A stretch of 64,000 bases of DNA from Alphaproteobacteria bacterium. Its GTDB lineage: Bacteria > Pseudomonadota > Alphaproteobacteria > CAAHEQ01 > UBA3637. The position numbers and the translations under genes were made by a program. Under the pieces are notes generated by a model, which was given only the letters and a program-made list of their open reading frames with translations, searched no databases and had not been told where the DNA came from. The stretch covers positions 465 through 64,464 of the forward strand of contig SUUT01000002.1 of the NCBI GenBank assembly GCA_015062385.1, written 5' to 3'. The number at the start of each line of letters is the position of its first letter. Position 1 is the stretch's first letter. This document shows, piece after piece, positions 36,927 to 48,705 of the stretch.

Positions 36927-37568
36927 TTATCTTCTGTGTCGATGTTGGCGTTGTTTTTCACGCATTAAATACTGATGAACAAATTCATATGCGTATTCTT
37001 GTTTTGCTTCAATGGGTTCATCTATTTTTTTTATGGTGTTATTTTTTTTGATAAATTTTGTATAGTTTAACTTTTTGCAATCCTGTATGATAACATTAAA
37101 ATCATATATTCTTAGTTCTTCTAATAAATGGTAAAATCGATTGAAATCTTGTTTGATATTGTTTTCCATAAAATGTACAAAATTTGGATGTAATAATGCA
37201 GATAAATATTCATTTAAAGGATTTTTTTTCGCATGCTCTTTTAATAAAATAATATCTTCTTGTTCATCTTTTGGAAAATTTGTCGAATTGATGTTTAAAA
37301 CAGCTTTATGTTCTTGTTGTACTTCTTGCCATTGTAAGGGTAAATCTTTGTACTCAGCTTGTATAAATTTTGCAAAAGAACGTCCCATCATTAAATGTAA
37401 ATGTTTCATTGCCGATGTTTCAACCAATTGACTGGGAGGAGGCATTTTTTGAATGGGATATGTATAAACAATCAACGCATAAATATCATATTCCTTATTT
37501 TCGTTGTCTTTTAAGGGGAAAAAGAAAGGCATAACGGCTTTATAAGCTGACTTCTTTTCTTTTGACAT
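36927..37568 (-). CDS. Hypothetical protein
   Basis: Long ORF lying 3 nt downstream of 37572..38903 on the same strand. No motifs recognised. Confidence 0.45.
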   Translation of the reverse strand: MSKEKKSAYKAVMPFFFPLKDNENKEYDIYALIVYTYPIQKMPPPSQLVETSAMKHLHLMMGRSFAKFIQAEYKDLPLQWQEVQQEHKAVLNINSTNFPKDEQEDIILLKEHAKKNPLNEYLSALLHPNFVHFMENNIKQDFNRFYHLLEELRIYDFNVIIQDCKKLNYTKFIKKNNTIKKIDEPIEAKQEYAYEFVHQYLMREKQRQHRHRR

Positions 37569-37571
37569 ATT

Positions 37572-38903
37572 TTATCCGTTAGAAGTTGAATTATTTGAAG
37601 ACCGCAAAAGATTAATATCTGCAATAATTTCATCATGTGTATAAATACGTGTGGAATTACCGGCTAATCCGGAAGATGAATTGTCAGAATTGCTGTTTCC
37701 GGAGTTATTATTGTTATTAGTGCTATTATTACCGTTTTCGCTTAATTCGTTAATTTTATCCTGTAATGTAGAAACTTGTTCTTTTAAAGAATTAACTTCG
37801 TTTTTGGCTTCTTTTGTTTTTTTCTTTTGTTTTTTTAATAAGAAATAAGCCCCGATTGCAGCAGCTACAGCAGCAACGGCACCGATAATCCATTGCCAAT
37901 TGCGTTCCAAAAAGCTTTTTTGTTCAGCAGCTGCTTGTGCCGAAATGACAGAGTTTTCTGTTTCTTTTTTCTTTTCAGGGTCCTCCGTTGTTGCTTCGGG
38001 CGGAGCTACTTGTGTGCCCGGTGTTGTTGTTCCGGCAACGGGTGTTTGTGGTTGTACAGTTTTATCGGGTGTCTTCGGAGATGGGGTTGTTGTTCTTGTG
38101 GTTGGTGTTTGTGGAGATGGAGTTGTTCCTACGGCTGGTGTTTGCGGTTGTACCGTTTTGTCGGGTGTCTTCGGAGATGGGGTTGTTTGTGTACCAGATG
38201 TTGCCTGTTCGCTTGAGTTGTTGTTTGTATCATTTTCGGGTGTGGAAGTTGCATCATTAATGGATTCTAATGTGTCATCGTTCCCCGGAATAGGCGAGTC
38301 TTGTCCATTTTCGGGAGTGGTAGGTTGTTGTTCGGGATTAATTTCCGGTAATGCATCCTGCGTGTTTTCCGGTTGTTGTTGATTTAATTGATTTTGGATG
38401 GTTAATAACAATTCTTTGCCCACAGTATATGGATATTTTTCTTCATTCCAGCCATCTTTGACGATTTGCAACCAACCGTTAACAGTTGAAAAATCAAAAT
38501 TATAATCTTTTGTTTCATTAGACTTTTTTTTAAGAGTATTAAGATCTTCATGAAATTTCTGATTACAATTTGTTATTACAGTATCAGCAACGCTGCGGGA
38601 TTCTTCAGTGTTTGATTCATGTAATTTTAAGCATAACTCAACCAATTTCTTACGTTCATCCAAAGTCATTTCCTGCCAGGATTTTATGAATGTTAAGTTT
38701 TCGTTATAAGCATCGTCATCATACAGTGAATACTCATCTCTGCCAGGGACAATATCAAGCACTTGCCCAATGAAACTTCCACCTTCAAAATTGTTTCTTA
38801 ATCGTGTTTGTTCTTCGGGTGTTAATGTTGCACGGAATAATCCGTAATCATTATTATTACCAAAAAATATTTTTAAATGACCGCATAATGCTCCGTAATC
38901 CAT
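37572..38903 (-). CDS. Hypothetical membrane protein with a Pro/Thr-rich repeat linker, TM helix, coiled-coil and Asn-rich tail
   Basis: The repeated segment TPSPKTPDKTVQPQTP is encoded by ~52-nt direct repeats at 38041-38092 and 38137-38188. TM helix WQWIIGAVAAVAAAIGAYFLL. The tail is rich in N and S. Confidence 0.55.
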   Translation of the reverse strand: MDYGALCGHLKIFFGNNNDYGLFRATLTPEEQTRLRNNFEGGSFIGQVLDIVPGRDEYSLYDDDAYNENLTFIKSWQEMTLDERKKLVELCLKLHESNTEESRSVADTVITNCNQKFHEDLNTLKKKSNETKDYNFDFSTVNGWLQIVKDGWNEEKYPYTVGKELLLTIQNQLNQQQPENTQDALPEINPEQQPTTPENGQDSPIPGNDDTLESINDATSTPENDTNNNSSEQATSGTQTTPSPKTPDKTVQPQTPAVGTTPSPQTPTTRTTTPSPKTPDKTVQPQTPVAGTTTPGTQVAPPEATTEDPEKKKETENSVISAQAAAEQKSFLERNWQWIIGAVAAVAAAIGAYFLLKKQKKKTKEAKNEVNSLKEQVSTLQDKINELSENGNNSTNNNNNSGNSNSDNSSSGLAGNSTRIYTHDEIIADINLLRSSNNSTSNG

Positions 38904-39038
38904 CGTAAAAACTCCTTATAATGAATACCTATTAATTTACATTATATCATAAATAAGTAATTTTGCAATATAAAAGCGTATTTATTGTAAAAATTTGTTT
39001 CTGAACGAAAAACAAATAAAAATCATATTTTTAGAAAA

Positions 39039-39911
39039 TTATTTTTTCTTTTTTAAACTGTTAGCACCAGAAATAATATCAATTAACTCATCGGTAATTG
39101 CTGTTTGACGGTTTTGTGCAAAAATTAAGTTCAATTCTTCAAGTGAATCATCAATATTTTTTTCTGCTTGTTGCATATTTATCATACGGGTGTAATGTTC
39201 ACAGGCCAAAGAACTGATAATTGCCTGTGAAATAAGTGTTGTCAGGTATTCATGAATAAGAGATAAAAATAATTGATGAAAATCCATACTAATATAGGGA
39301 AAAGCCCGTTCCCGCCATCGTTTTTTTGTCGTGTCAAATAAAGAAACGGGGAAGGGAATTAACTGGCTTGATTGAATAACTGCCGATGTTTCTTCTTTTT
39401 GATTATAAAACAGTACAACTCGTTCAATTTTGCGTTTGTTTTTAATTTGTTCGATTTTAAGCAACAATTGTGAAGCAATATCGGCAATTTCTTCTATGGT
39501 ATTTGATATCGGGAATGATTCAGCTGGATTTAATCCGCTAAATTGAGCCATTGCACATAATTTGCGACCGATACAAATATATGTGATTTCTTCTGTTTGA
39601 TATGTTTTAAATGTTTTTTTTGCTGTTAACAAAATATTTTTATTAAAACTGCCAACCAGTCCGTTATCCGATCCGATTAAAACAGCTAATGTTTTAGGGA
39701 TATTACTTGTTTTTCCGATGCGAGTATTTAAATAGCCGTTTACATTTAAAGCCTTAAATCCGTCATATAAAACAGATAAATAATCTGATATTCCCTGTTG
39801 TGCCGTCATATATTGATTAACACTAACCGAAGACAACATTTTCATTGTAGATACAATGTTGCGTAAATCGGATGTTGTTTCAATTTGCCGGTTTAACTGT
39901 TCAAGAGTCAT
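39039..39911 (-). CDS. atpG: N-type ATPase gamma subunit
   Basis: It is the last gene of the atpDCQRBEFAG cluster. It is gamma-like, with N- and C-terminal helices (C-terminal ITDELIDIISGANSL). Confidence 0.8.
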   Translation of the reverse strand: MTLEQLNRQIETTSDLRNIVSTMKMLSSVSVNQYMTAQQGISDYLSVLYDGFKALNVNGYLNTRIGKTSNIPKTLAVLIGSDNGLVGSFNKNILLTAKKTFKTYQTEEITYICIGRKLCAMAQFSGLNPAESFPISNTIEEIADIASQLLLKIEQIKNKRKIERVVLFYNQKEETSAVIQSSQLIPFPVSLFDTTKKRWRERAFPYISMDFHQLFLSLIHEYLTTLISQAIISSLACEHYTRMINMQQAEKNIDDSLEELNLIFAQNRQTAITDELIDIISGANSLKKKK

Positions 39912-41419
39912 TTATCCTCCGATTTTAAAACGGATAAAGCTTTTTGGAAAGTTTCAATCATTTCGGCTGTTTCATTTTCGGTTGGTTTGTATTTTTTTTC
40001 AACTATTTTTTGTGCCAAAACACGATATTTTGCCTGAAATGTCCGAATGATGATTTCTTGTGCATCATTTATTTTATCTATTGGAATATCATCCAATAAA
40101 CCGGCATTCGTAGCTGTAAAAACAGCAATTTGATGAATTGCCGGCATCGGATGAAATAAACCTTGTAGCAAAACGGCACGAATAGCTTCGCCTCGTTTAA
40201 TTCGGCGGGAACTTTCCGCATCCAGTTGTGTGCTGAAACGGGCGAAAGATTCTAATTCTTCAAATTGAGCGTAAAACAGTTTTAACGGACCAACCAAAGA
40301 CCGATACGCTGGTAATTGAGCATCTCCGCCGACACGGGAAACAGAACGTCCCGTATCAATAGCCGGCAACATTCCTTTGTGAAAGGATTCGGCAGATAAA
40401 TAAATTTGTCCGTCTGTAATGGAAATAATGTTTGTTGGAATATAAGCCGATATATTGCCGGCTTCCGTAGATACAATCGGTAATGCCGTTAATGAACCGC
40501 CTCCGAATTGTTCTCTTAAATGAGTAGAACGTTCTAATAATCGTGCATGAATATAAAAAATATCCCCCGGAAACGCCTCTCGTCCCGGTGGTGTTCTTAA
40601 TAGTAACGATAATTGCCGATATGCACGAGCATGAGCCGTTAAGTCATCATAGATAATCAGAACGTCTTTTCCCTGTTCCATAAAATATTCCCCAATGGAG
40701 GTTGCAGCATAAGGGGCAACATATTGTAATCCGGCAGGAGAATCTCCACCGGCAACAATAATAACTGTTTTATGCATAACACCGGCACTCGTTAAATCAT
40801 TTATCACACGAGCAGTCGCAGTCGCTCTTTGTCCGATTGCACAATAAATACAAATAACATCAGTTTCTTTTTGATTAATAATTGTATCAACTGCAATAGC
40901 AGTTTTACCAGTTTGGCGATCACCTAAAATCAATTCTCGTTGTCCGCGTCCGATGGGAATAAATGAATCGATGGCTTTTATGCCCGTTTGTAAGGGTGTA
41001 TTAACAGGGGCTCGATGCATAATGGGGGTTGCGGGTCGTTCAATCGGATAAGAAGCTCTTGTAAGCGGAAAATCCAGTCCATCAAGCGGTTCTCCCAATG
41101 GATTGATGACACGACCGAGGAGTGCATCTCCCACAGGAACGCTTAATACCTGTTCTGTTCGATAAGCTTTATCGCCCGCCATTAATTCTTCCGGATTAGA
41201 TAAAAATACAACTCCGACTGAATTTTCATTTAATTTTTGAACCATGCCTTTAATATTGTTTTTGAAGGTTAAGACCTCATTCATTTGAGCAAACGGTAAC
41301 CCGTTAATTTCAGCAGTTCCTGCTGACAGAGATTGAATGATGCCGATTTCATCTACTTGTATATCAGAGGCGGATTTGTTTTTTACAGCTGATTTGAGGG
41401 TCTTTTTTTGTTCTGTCAT
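39908..41419 (-). CDS. atpA: N-type ATPase alpha subunit
   Basis: Walker A GDRQTGKT and other alpha-subunit motifs (ELILGDRQTGKTAIAVDTIINQ, YDDLTAHA). Confidence 0.95.
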   Translation of the reverse strand: MTEQKKTLKSAVKNKSASDIQVDEIGIIQSLSAGTAEINGLPFAQMNEVLTFKNNIKGMVQKLNENSVGVVFLSNPEELMAGDKAYRTEQVLSVPVGDALLGRVINPLGEPLDGLDFPLTRASYPIERPATPIMHRAPVNTPLQTGIKAIDSFIPIGRGQRELILGDRQTGKTAIAVDTIINQKETDVICIYCAIGQRATATARVINDLTSAGVMHKTVIIVAGGDSPAGLQYVAPYAATSIGEYFMEQGKDVLIIYDDLTAHARAYRQLSLLLRTPPGREAFPGDIFYIHARLLERSTHLREQFGGGSLTALPIVSTEAGNISAYIPTNIISITDGQIYLSAESFHKGMLPAIDTGRSVSRVGGDAQLPAYRSLVGPLKLFYAQFEELESFARFSTQLDAESSRRIKRGEAIRAVLLQGLFHPMPAIHQIAVFTATNAGLLDDIPIDKINDAQEIIIRTFQAKYRVLAQKIVEKKYKPTENETAEMIETFQKALSVLKSEDK

Positions 41420-42198
41420 TCGACCGTTTCTCCGTTTATTTTGTGTTTAATCTTTAAATTAAATTCTTCTTTCATCTTATTGAAATATGAGAAAATATTC
41501 CAGTTTGCAACAAAGGAGCCGGATTGAATCCGAAATCCAAAAGCCAATTCTTTGTTTAGGCTGAATTTAAATGTGTAGTGCTTCTCGTTTTTTAAGAATA
41601 ATTTTAAAATTTCTTGTAGTTTTTGTTTTTGTACGTCAGTTAATTTGATGGCACTTTCTATTTGAATTATGCCGAAGTTTTCTGCATTATGAGCAAATTG
41701 CTTTTTTTCATCGGCAGACAGATGTTTTAATTCTTTTTGAAAAAGAAGAAGAGTTTTTTCTGAAGATGTATCCACACCGAAATCTCGTGCAATTTGTTGC
41801 AACATAAAAAGAACGCTTTGCGTGCCGATTTCGGATAATTGGCTTTCAAACGTTTCTTTTTTTAAAATCAATTCTTGTTTTATCCGTTCTTCGCTTTCTT
41901 TTTTAAATTGGTGTAATTCGGCAGTTTTTTCGGCTTTTAAAGTTTTGACTTCATTTAACACGTTTTGAAGTTGCCGGTTTCGTTCATTTTCAAAATCCAA
42001 TTCTTTTTGACGGAGTTTTTCAGAAGCCTCCTGCCATTTTTTATATTCGGCATTTGCATCGGTAATTTTTTTTAAAATAGCCGATTGTCGTTTATCTACT
42101 GCCTGAATAATCGGTTTATATAAAAATCGTTTTAACAACCAAACCAATACAATCAGATTGATAATTTGTGCTACAAATGTAATCTTATCAATATCCAT
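41416..42198 (-). CDS. atpF: N-type ATPase b subunit (long form)
   Basis: N-terminal TM helix, a long charged helix, and an extra C-terminal domain. There is no separate delta gene in the operon. Confidence 0.75.
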   Translation of the reverse strand: MDIDKITFVAQIINLIVLVWLLKRFLYKPIIQAVDKRQSAILKKITDANAEYKKWQEASEKLRQKELDFENERNRQLQNVLNEVKTLKAEKTAELHQFKKESEERIKQELILKKETFESQLSEIGTQSVLFMLQQIARDFGVDTSSEKTLLLFQKELKHLSADEKKQFAHNAENFGIIQIESAIKLTDVQKQKLQEILKLFLKNEKHYTFKFSLNKELAFGFRIQSGSFVANWNIFSYFNKMKEEFNLKIKHKINGETVE

Positions 42199-42211
42199 TG
42201 TCTATCCTTAT

Positions 42212-42490
42212 CTATTTTGCAACGGCCTCGATGGCATAGTTCCAAAACGGATTAAAGTATAAAATTAAAACTGTAATCACAAAGGAATAAATAGCTGTTG
42301 ATTCAATCATTGCCATAGCAATAAACAATGTTCGTGTAATGGTTGATGTTTCATCCGGTTGTTGAGCAATTGCCCGTAAGGCACTGGCGGCAACGTTTCC
42401 TTCCCCAATAGCGGAACCGATACCACCGATTGAAATACATAATCCGGCTGCTAAAACCGAAAAAGCCCCGATAAGTGTAATTGCATCCAT
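42212..42490 (-). CDS. atpE: N-type ATPase c subunit with Na+-site signature
   Basis: Two-helix hairpin. Helix 1 carries GSAIGEGN and helix 2 carries IESTAIYS (the E-S-T...Y ligand set). Confidence 0.9.
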   Translation of the reverse strand: MDAITLIGAFSVLAAGLCISIGGIGSAIGEGNVAASALRAIAQQPDETSTITRTLFIAMAMIESTAIYSFVITVLILYFNPFWNYAIEAVAK

Positions 42491-42511
42491 TTCTAATTCT
42501 CCTTTCTTTAA

Positions 42512-43201
42512 TTATTCCAAATCAGTAAATACATATGGTTCGGCAGGACTAACCGCCGAAATATAAACAATAGATAATAAGGCAAAAATATATGCCTGAA
42601 TTGTTCCGGTTAGTAAGCCCAAAATCTGCATGGGTAATGGTAATAAAAATGGGGCAAGCATAATCATTACCGAACCGATAACAGCTCCGCTTAAAACGTT
42701 TCCGTATAACCGGAAAGACAATGAAAACATTGAAGAAAAATCACTTAAAATATTCATTGGTAACATAAACGGAGTTGGGTCAATATATTTTTTTAAATAT
42801 CCGATAACACCGGCATTACGAATACCGTAATAAGGCATTGCTAAAAATACACATGAGGCGAAGGCAATTGTTGTTGTTAAAGAGGCTGTTGGTGCTCTAA
42901 ATCCAGGAATAATCGTTAATAAATTACTCATGCCGATAAACAGAAAAAAAGTGCCGATAACAGGTAAATATTTTGCCGGATTATCCTGACTGACTTCATA
43001 AATTTGTTTGCGAATACCCAAAACAATCATTTCTAACACAATCTGTAAACGGGAAACTTTTTGTGTATCCTTTAAATTGCGGGTTACAAAAATGGAAATT
43101 AAACATAAAACAAACATAACAATCCATGTAAAAAAGATAGTTGCATTTATTGGAAACGGCCCAATATAAAAAAGTATCATTTTATCTAAATCTTCAATCA
43201 T
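42512..43201 (-). CDS. atpB: N-type ATPase a subunit
   Basis: Polytopic membrane protein with the conserved Arg region LSFRLYGNVLSG. Confidence 0.9.
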   Translation of the reverse strand: MIEDLDKMILFYIGPFPINATIFFTWIVMFVLCLISIFVTRNLKDTQKVSRLQIVLEMIVLGIRKQIYEVSQDNPAKYLPVIGTFFLFIGMSNLLTIIPGFRAPTASLTTTIAFASCVFLAMPYYGIRNAGVIGYLKKYIDPTPFMLPMNILSDFSSMFSLSFRLYGNVLSGAVIGSVMIMLAPFLLPLPMQILGLLTGTIQAYIFALLSIVYISAVSPAEPYVFTDLE

Positions 43202-43218
43202 GGCTTATTTCCGTTATT

Positions 43219-43602
43219 TTATTTCTTTTTTCTGGTTTTTGTTGTTGATTTTTTTGTGCTTTTTTTTGCGATTGGCTTGTCATCATGATACACAATTTCA
43301 CTTTTTTTTAGTTGTGTTTTTAATGTCGGTTTTGTGATTTTTAATAATAAAAAGCGGGTAAGCATAAAGGCACAAAAAATCAGTAAAAAGCGGGCAAGAT
43401 TATTTTGTGCCATAACCAATGCAGTAAAAATCAGTAAAAAAATTCTGAATGCACCGGATAAAAATAATAGTAATGCGGGATTTTTGGCCTTGGGTACCAA
43501 TTGAACCGTTCGCCACAACAAATAAAAATAAATCAAACATAAAACAATGCCCGTTGTCAGTGAAACCCATATATCTGTAGTTGTCAATGTGATGTTATTC
43601 AT
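43219..43602 (-). CDS. atpR: N-ATPase AtpR subunit
   Basis: Small three-TM protein between atpQ and atpB. Its position and hydrophobic pattern (LLWRTV..., GAFRIFLL) fit AtpR. Confidence 0.7.
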   Translation of the reverse strand: MNNITLTTTDIWVSLTTGIVLCLIYFYLLWRTVQLVPKAKNPALLLFLSGAFRIFLLIFTALVMAQNNLARFLLIFCAFMLTRFLLLKITKPTLKTQLKKSEIVYHDDKPIAKKSTKKSTTKTRKKK

Positions 43603-44028
43603 TTTTTGTCCTTTGTTTCTTTATTCGTAATGGTTGAATTATGTTTTTGTGTTTGTCGTTTCATTTTTTGTGAAACTGATATTTTGAGAGTATTCATTTT
43701 TTGTATTTTACGTTCTTCCCGTTCAGCATTTCTTTTTTGACGTAAATGTAAAAGCAATTCTTTACGTTCTTTACGCATCCAATAATGAATACCGACAAAA
43801 CTGAATGCAAATCCGATACCAATACAACTTAATGTCCACGAAAAATCATTAAGGGGAATATGTTTGTCGGCAAATCGGCCAAGAGCTATTCCGATGAGAA
43901 CGGGAGCACACATATACCATCCGAAAACACTTAATACAGTTATGCGAATTTGAATGGATGAATCACGTGATTTACCCTTTAATTTTTGAGCTTTTTTAAT
44001 CAATAGCTTTTCTGTTTCACGATTAGGA

Positions 44029-44042
<14 letters not shown>
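43599..44042 (-). CDS. atpQ: N-ATPase AtpQ (AtpZ/AtpI-like) subunit
   Basis: Small membrane protein with the VFGWYMCAPVLIGIALGRFAD motif typical of the AtpZ/AtpI family, positioned after atpC. Confidence 0.7.
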
Positions 44043-45868
<1,826 letters not shown>

Positions 45869-46250
45869 TTATAGTGAATATTTTAATAGAGGTCAAGCAT
45901 TTTTTGATGCATTTTAAGGATTATCGGTTGTATCAATGGTAATTGATTTTCTAATTTTGAATAAGGGAAAAAGATACATCTTTGCGTAAATAAAACAGCT
46001 TTATTTTTTTTCTTGTTAAAAATTTTTTTCGGTATCATTACTGGTTCTGTTTGGATATTTACAAGGGGAAGACTTTATGCAAACAATAATTAATTATTAC
46101 CTGTTAACAGCTCAAAATCTAATGAAGTTGACCTTTTATGGTTCATTTTTCAGTTGGTTCTGATGTATGAAGTTGCAAATTTTTCGAAATGCTGATTTAG
46201 TTGTTATTTTCGTATTACAAAAAAAGCCTCGCTTACACGAGACTTTTAAA

Positions 46251-46326
46251 TGGTGCCTGGGGACGGAATCGAACCGCCGACACAGGGATTTTCAGTCCCT
46301 TGCTCTACCAACTGAGCTACCCAGGC
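46251..46326 (-). tRNA. tRNA-Phe (anticodon GAA), CCA encoded
   Basis: The reverse complement is GCCTGGGTAGCTCAGTTGGTAGAGCAAGGGACTGAAAATCCCTGTGTCGGCGGTTCGATTCCGTCCCCAGGCACCA. A terminator hairpin gcctcg/cgagac with a T-run follows on the minus strand. No tandem units are present here. Confidence 0.92.
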
Positions 46327-46417
46327 AACCGATATGCTTACTTATACACGAAGAAAATTTAAATGTCCAGCATTTTTTTGAAAAAAAATATTTTTTTTTA
46401 TAACCTGTTATTTTATA

Positions 46418-46612
46418 TTAATTATTTTTATGGGGATTATCTTCGTTTTCAAGGAAATTTTCGCTGTCTTGTGGCGTTTCATTTGTGTGAATAACATAAT
46501 TCCCTTTTAACCATCGCCCTAAGTCAATATCAGCACAATGTTTTGAACAAAATGGTTTATATTTTTCATCTATCGGTTTGCCGCAAATCGGACATTTTTT
46601 TTCAGTTTGCAT
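46418..46612 (-). CDS. yacG: DNA gyrase inhibitor YacG (zinc finger)
   Basis: CPICGKP...FCSKHCADIDLGRWL, a canonical YacG zinc-ribbon. Confidence 0.9.
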   Translation of the reverse strand: MQTEKKCPICGKPIDEKYKPFCSKHCADIDLGRWLKGNYVIHTNETPQDSENFLENEDNPHKNN

Positions 46613-47573
46613 TGTTTCCGTAAACTCCTGTTAAAGTGTATTCATCAATAGAAAAATTCGGATTTGTTTTTATAACACAATATGTATAAAAATCTTCCGG
46701 TAATTGTGGTTTAACGACCGGATGAACCGTTAATGTTTGTAGTCCACCGACAAAGTGGGTAATGCGTTCCCATATTTCCAATATTAACAGCGGAACTCCT
46801 TTTTTGCCGTCTGATGTTAAATAAATATCCGGTAATGAAGGGGCAGTATGTGTTCGTTTTAACTCCATTAGTCGGGCAGGGGTAAAACCGGTAATTTCCG
46901 TGCTTTTATCGGAAAATAATCGCTGTAACATCAACAACATCAGTTTTTCTTGTTCTTTTTCGGTCTTGGGACCGGCAAAATCGATTAAAATAACTCCGCT
47001 GATATTTTTTAATAAGATTTGACGAGCAATTTCATCGACAGCTTCTTGATTGATTCTTTCCAGTGGCAAGGTTGATTGTGCTGAATCTACATCAAAAGTC
47101 CAACAAGCGTGTGTTCGTTCAAGTCTGATTTTGGCTCCTTGTGCAATAGGGTGTACTGTTTCCAATGCTTCTTCAATAAATGCCGCAGTAATAATATTGT
47201 TTTTATCGGCAGAAACGGGATATCCAATCTGACGAGATATAATTAAACCCAAATCAGGATAATAATTTTCTTCACGGTTTTTTAATATAATTCCGGTGGC
47301 ATCTTTTCCCAAACGTGCCCCTTTTTTTATTTTAACGGAAACCGATTCGCCAATATTATATTGATGCGTTGTTTGTGCAAAAACAGGGAGTTTTTTATCT
47401 GTTTCAATAAAATATCCTTTTAATGTGTTGTTTTTATGAGTGATTTTCCCCTGAACGACTTCCCCAACATTTAAAATGTTTTGACTTTGAGCCATAATCC
47501 TTAGCGGTGTATTGTCAATATCAACAAAAACAACAATATCCTGACCGCAAATACTTTTATGATAGAGTTTCAT
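46602..47573 (-). CDS. Ribonuclease E/G-like protein (short form)
   Basis: S1-like N-terminus (VGEVVQGKITHKNNTLKGYFIE) and the maf-rne/rng-like-yacG arrangement seen in alphaproteobacteria. Confidence 0.55.
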   Translation of the reverse strand: MKLYHKSICGQDIVVFVDIDNTPLRIMAQSQNILNVGEVVQGKITHKNNTLKGYFIETDKKLPVFAQTTHQYNIGESVSVKIKKGARLGKDATGIILKNREENYYPDLGLIISRQIGYPVSADKNNIITAAFIEEALETVHPIAQGAKIRLERTHACWTFDVDSAQSTLPLERINQEAVDEIARQILLKNISGVILIDFAGPKTEKEQEKLMLLMLQRLFSDKSTEITGFTPARLMELKRTHTAPSLPDIYLTSDGKKGVPLLILEIWERITHFVGGLQTLTVHPVVKPQLPEDFYTYCVIKTNPNFSIDEYTLTGVYGNNAN

Positions 47574-48160
47574 GTGCCGGCAATTCCACGCATAATTTGT
47601 ACGACCTCGTATGTCGGTAGTCCAACTACACTATCATACGAACCACACATTTGTTTAACAAAAGCAGCAATAATGCCTTCAATCCTATATCCGGCAACAT
47701 GCTGCCACTCATTTGATTTTAAAATAAACTGTATATCTGTTTCAGATAGTTTCTTTAAAATAATGGCCGTTGAATTTACACGAATGATTTCTTTCCCCGC
47801 TGGCGTAATAATGCATAAACCTGTTATAACGTGATGCTTACGACCGGAAAGTAACAGTAAATGACTTTTAGCTTCGTTTTCATCCGTAGCTTTGCGAATA
47901 ATTCGTCTGCCAACAGCTAAAACGGTATCGGCAGCTAAAACACAGGTATTGGGATATTGTTTAGCAACAGCTCTTGCTTTTTGAATGGCAATTCTTTGAA
48001 CATAACGTCTCGGTAATTCATTAGGTAATAATTCTTCACATATGTCCGGCGAAACAATTTTGTCGGGAACCAATCGAACTCGCTCCAACAAAGCTTTCCG
48101 TTGCGGAGAACCAGAAGCTAAAATAAATCCATGTTTTAACTGCCAATAATTATTTGTCAT
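47570..48160 (-). CDS. maf: Maf-like nucleoside triphosphate pyrophosphatase
   Basis: ILASGSPQRKALL and YRIEG motifs. The start is placed at MTNNYWQL (48160) rather than the track start of 48205. Confidence 0.85.
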   Translation of the reverse strand: MTNNYWQLKHGFILASGSPQRKALLERVRLVPDKIVSPDICEELLPNELPRRYVQRIAIQKARAVAKQYPNTCVLAADTVLAVGRRIIRKATDENEAKSHLLLLSGRKHHVITGLCIITPAGKEIIRVNSTAIILKKLSETDIQFILKSNEWQHVAGYRIEGIIAAFVKQMCGSYDSVVGLPTYEVVQIMRGIAGT

Positions 48161-48572
48161 CCGCTTGCGTTTTTTCTTTTCTTTCGTGACGTTCTTGTGC
48201 TTCAATACACAATGTTGTGACTGGGCGGGCTTCTAAACGACCCAAACCGATGGGTTCGCCTGTTTCTTCGCAATAACCATATGTGCCATCAGCAATCCGT
48301 GCCAAAGCAGCATCTATTTTTTTTATTAATTTACGCATTCTGTCACGAGTTCTTAATTCCAAAAACTGGTCTGTTTCGGCACTGGCCCGATCATTTAAGT
48401 CAGATTCTTGCAGGCTGGTTTCTTTTAAATCATTTAATGTAAATTCCGATTCTTTTAACAATTCAGCTTTCCAATCAGTTAACTTTTTATGGAAATAAGC
48501 TAAATGAGCTTCGCACATATATTCTTCGTTTTGTGACGGTTTATAGTCGGGGGGTAAAGTTATTAATGGCAT
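48150..48572 (-). CDS. dksA: RNA polymerase-binding transcription factor DksA
   Basis: Coiled-coil with acidic tip, and C-terminal YGYCEETGEPIGLGRLEARPVTTLCIEAQERHE. The start is placed at MPLITL behind RBS gaggagg. Confidence 0.88.
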   Translation of the reverse strand: MPLITLPPDYKPSQNEEYMCEAHLAYFHKKLTDWKAELLKESEFTLNDLKETSLQESDLNDRASAETDQFLELRTRDRMRKLIKKIDAALARIADGTYGYCEETGEPIGLGRLEARPVTTLCIEAQERHERKEKTQADDK

Positions 48573-48705
48573 GTAATCCTCCTCGCTTGTGTTGTTTAAA
48601 TAATATCCAAGATAGCGAAATAAAAACCAAAAGTCAAGTGTTGTTTTTTCTTGCCATTTGTTTTTGTATTTGCTATATCCTATTGTCATAAAGGAGAATT
48701 TAAAA

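Noticed and set aside
37893-38382. Plus-strand ORFs (37893..38216, 37900..38382, 37988..38260) rich in Cys, Gly and Val, antisense to the 443-aa gene. Similar antisense or embedded ORFs lie inside aspS, rpoD, dnaG, ppdK, atpD, glgX and the giant gene.
   Set aside because: They are shadow frames of longer ORFs with recognisable coding features. The Cys/Gly/Val richness is simply the complement of the Pro/Thr-rich repeat.
46077-46163. 28-codon hydrophobic ORF (MQTIINYYLLTAQNLMKLTFYGSFFSWF) with a purine-rich stretch upstream, lying between the ATPase operon and tRNA-Phe.
   Set aside because: It is too short and too AT-biased to support without conservation or expression data. It could equally be part of the divergent promoter region.
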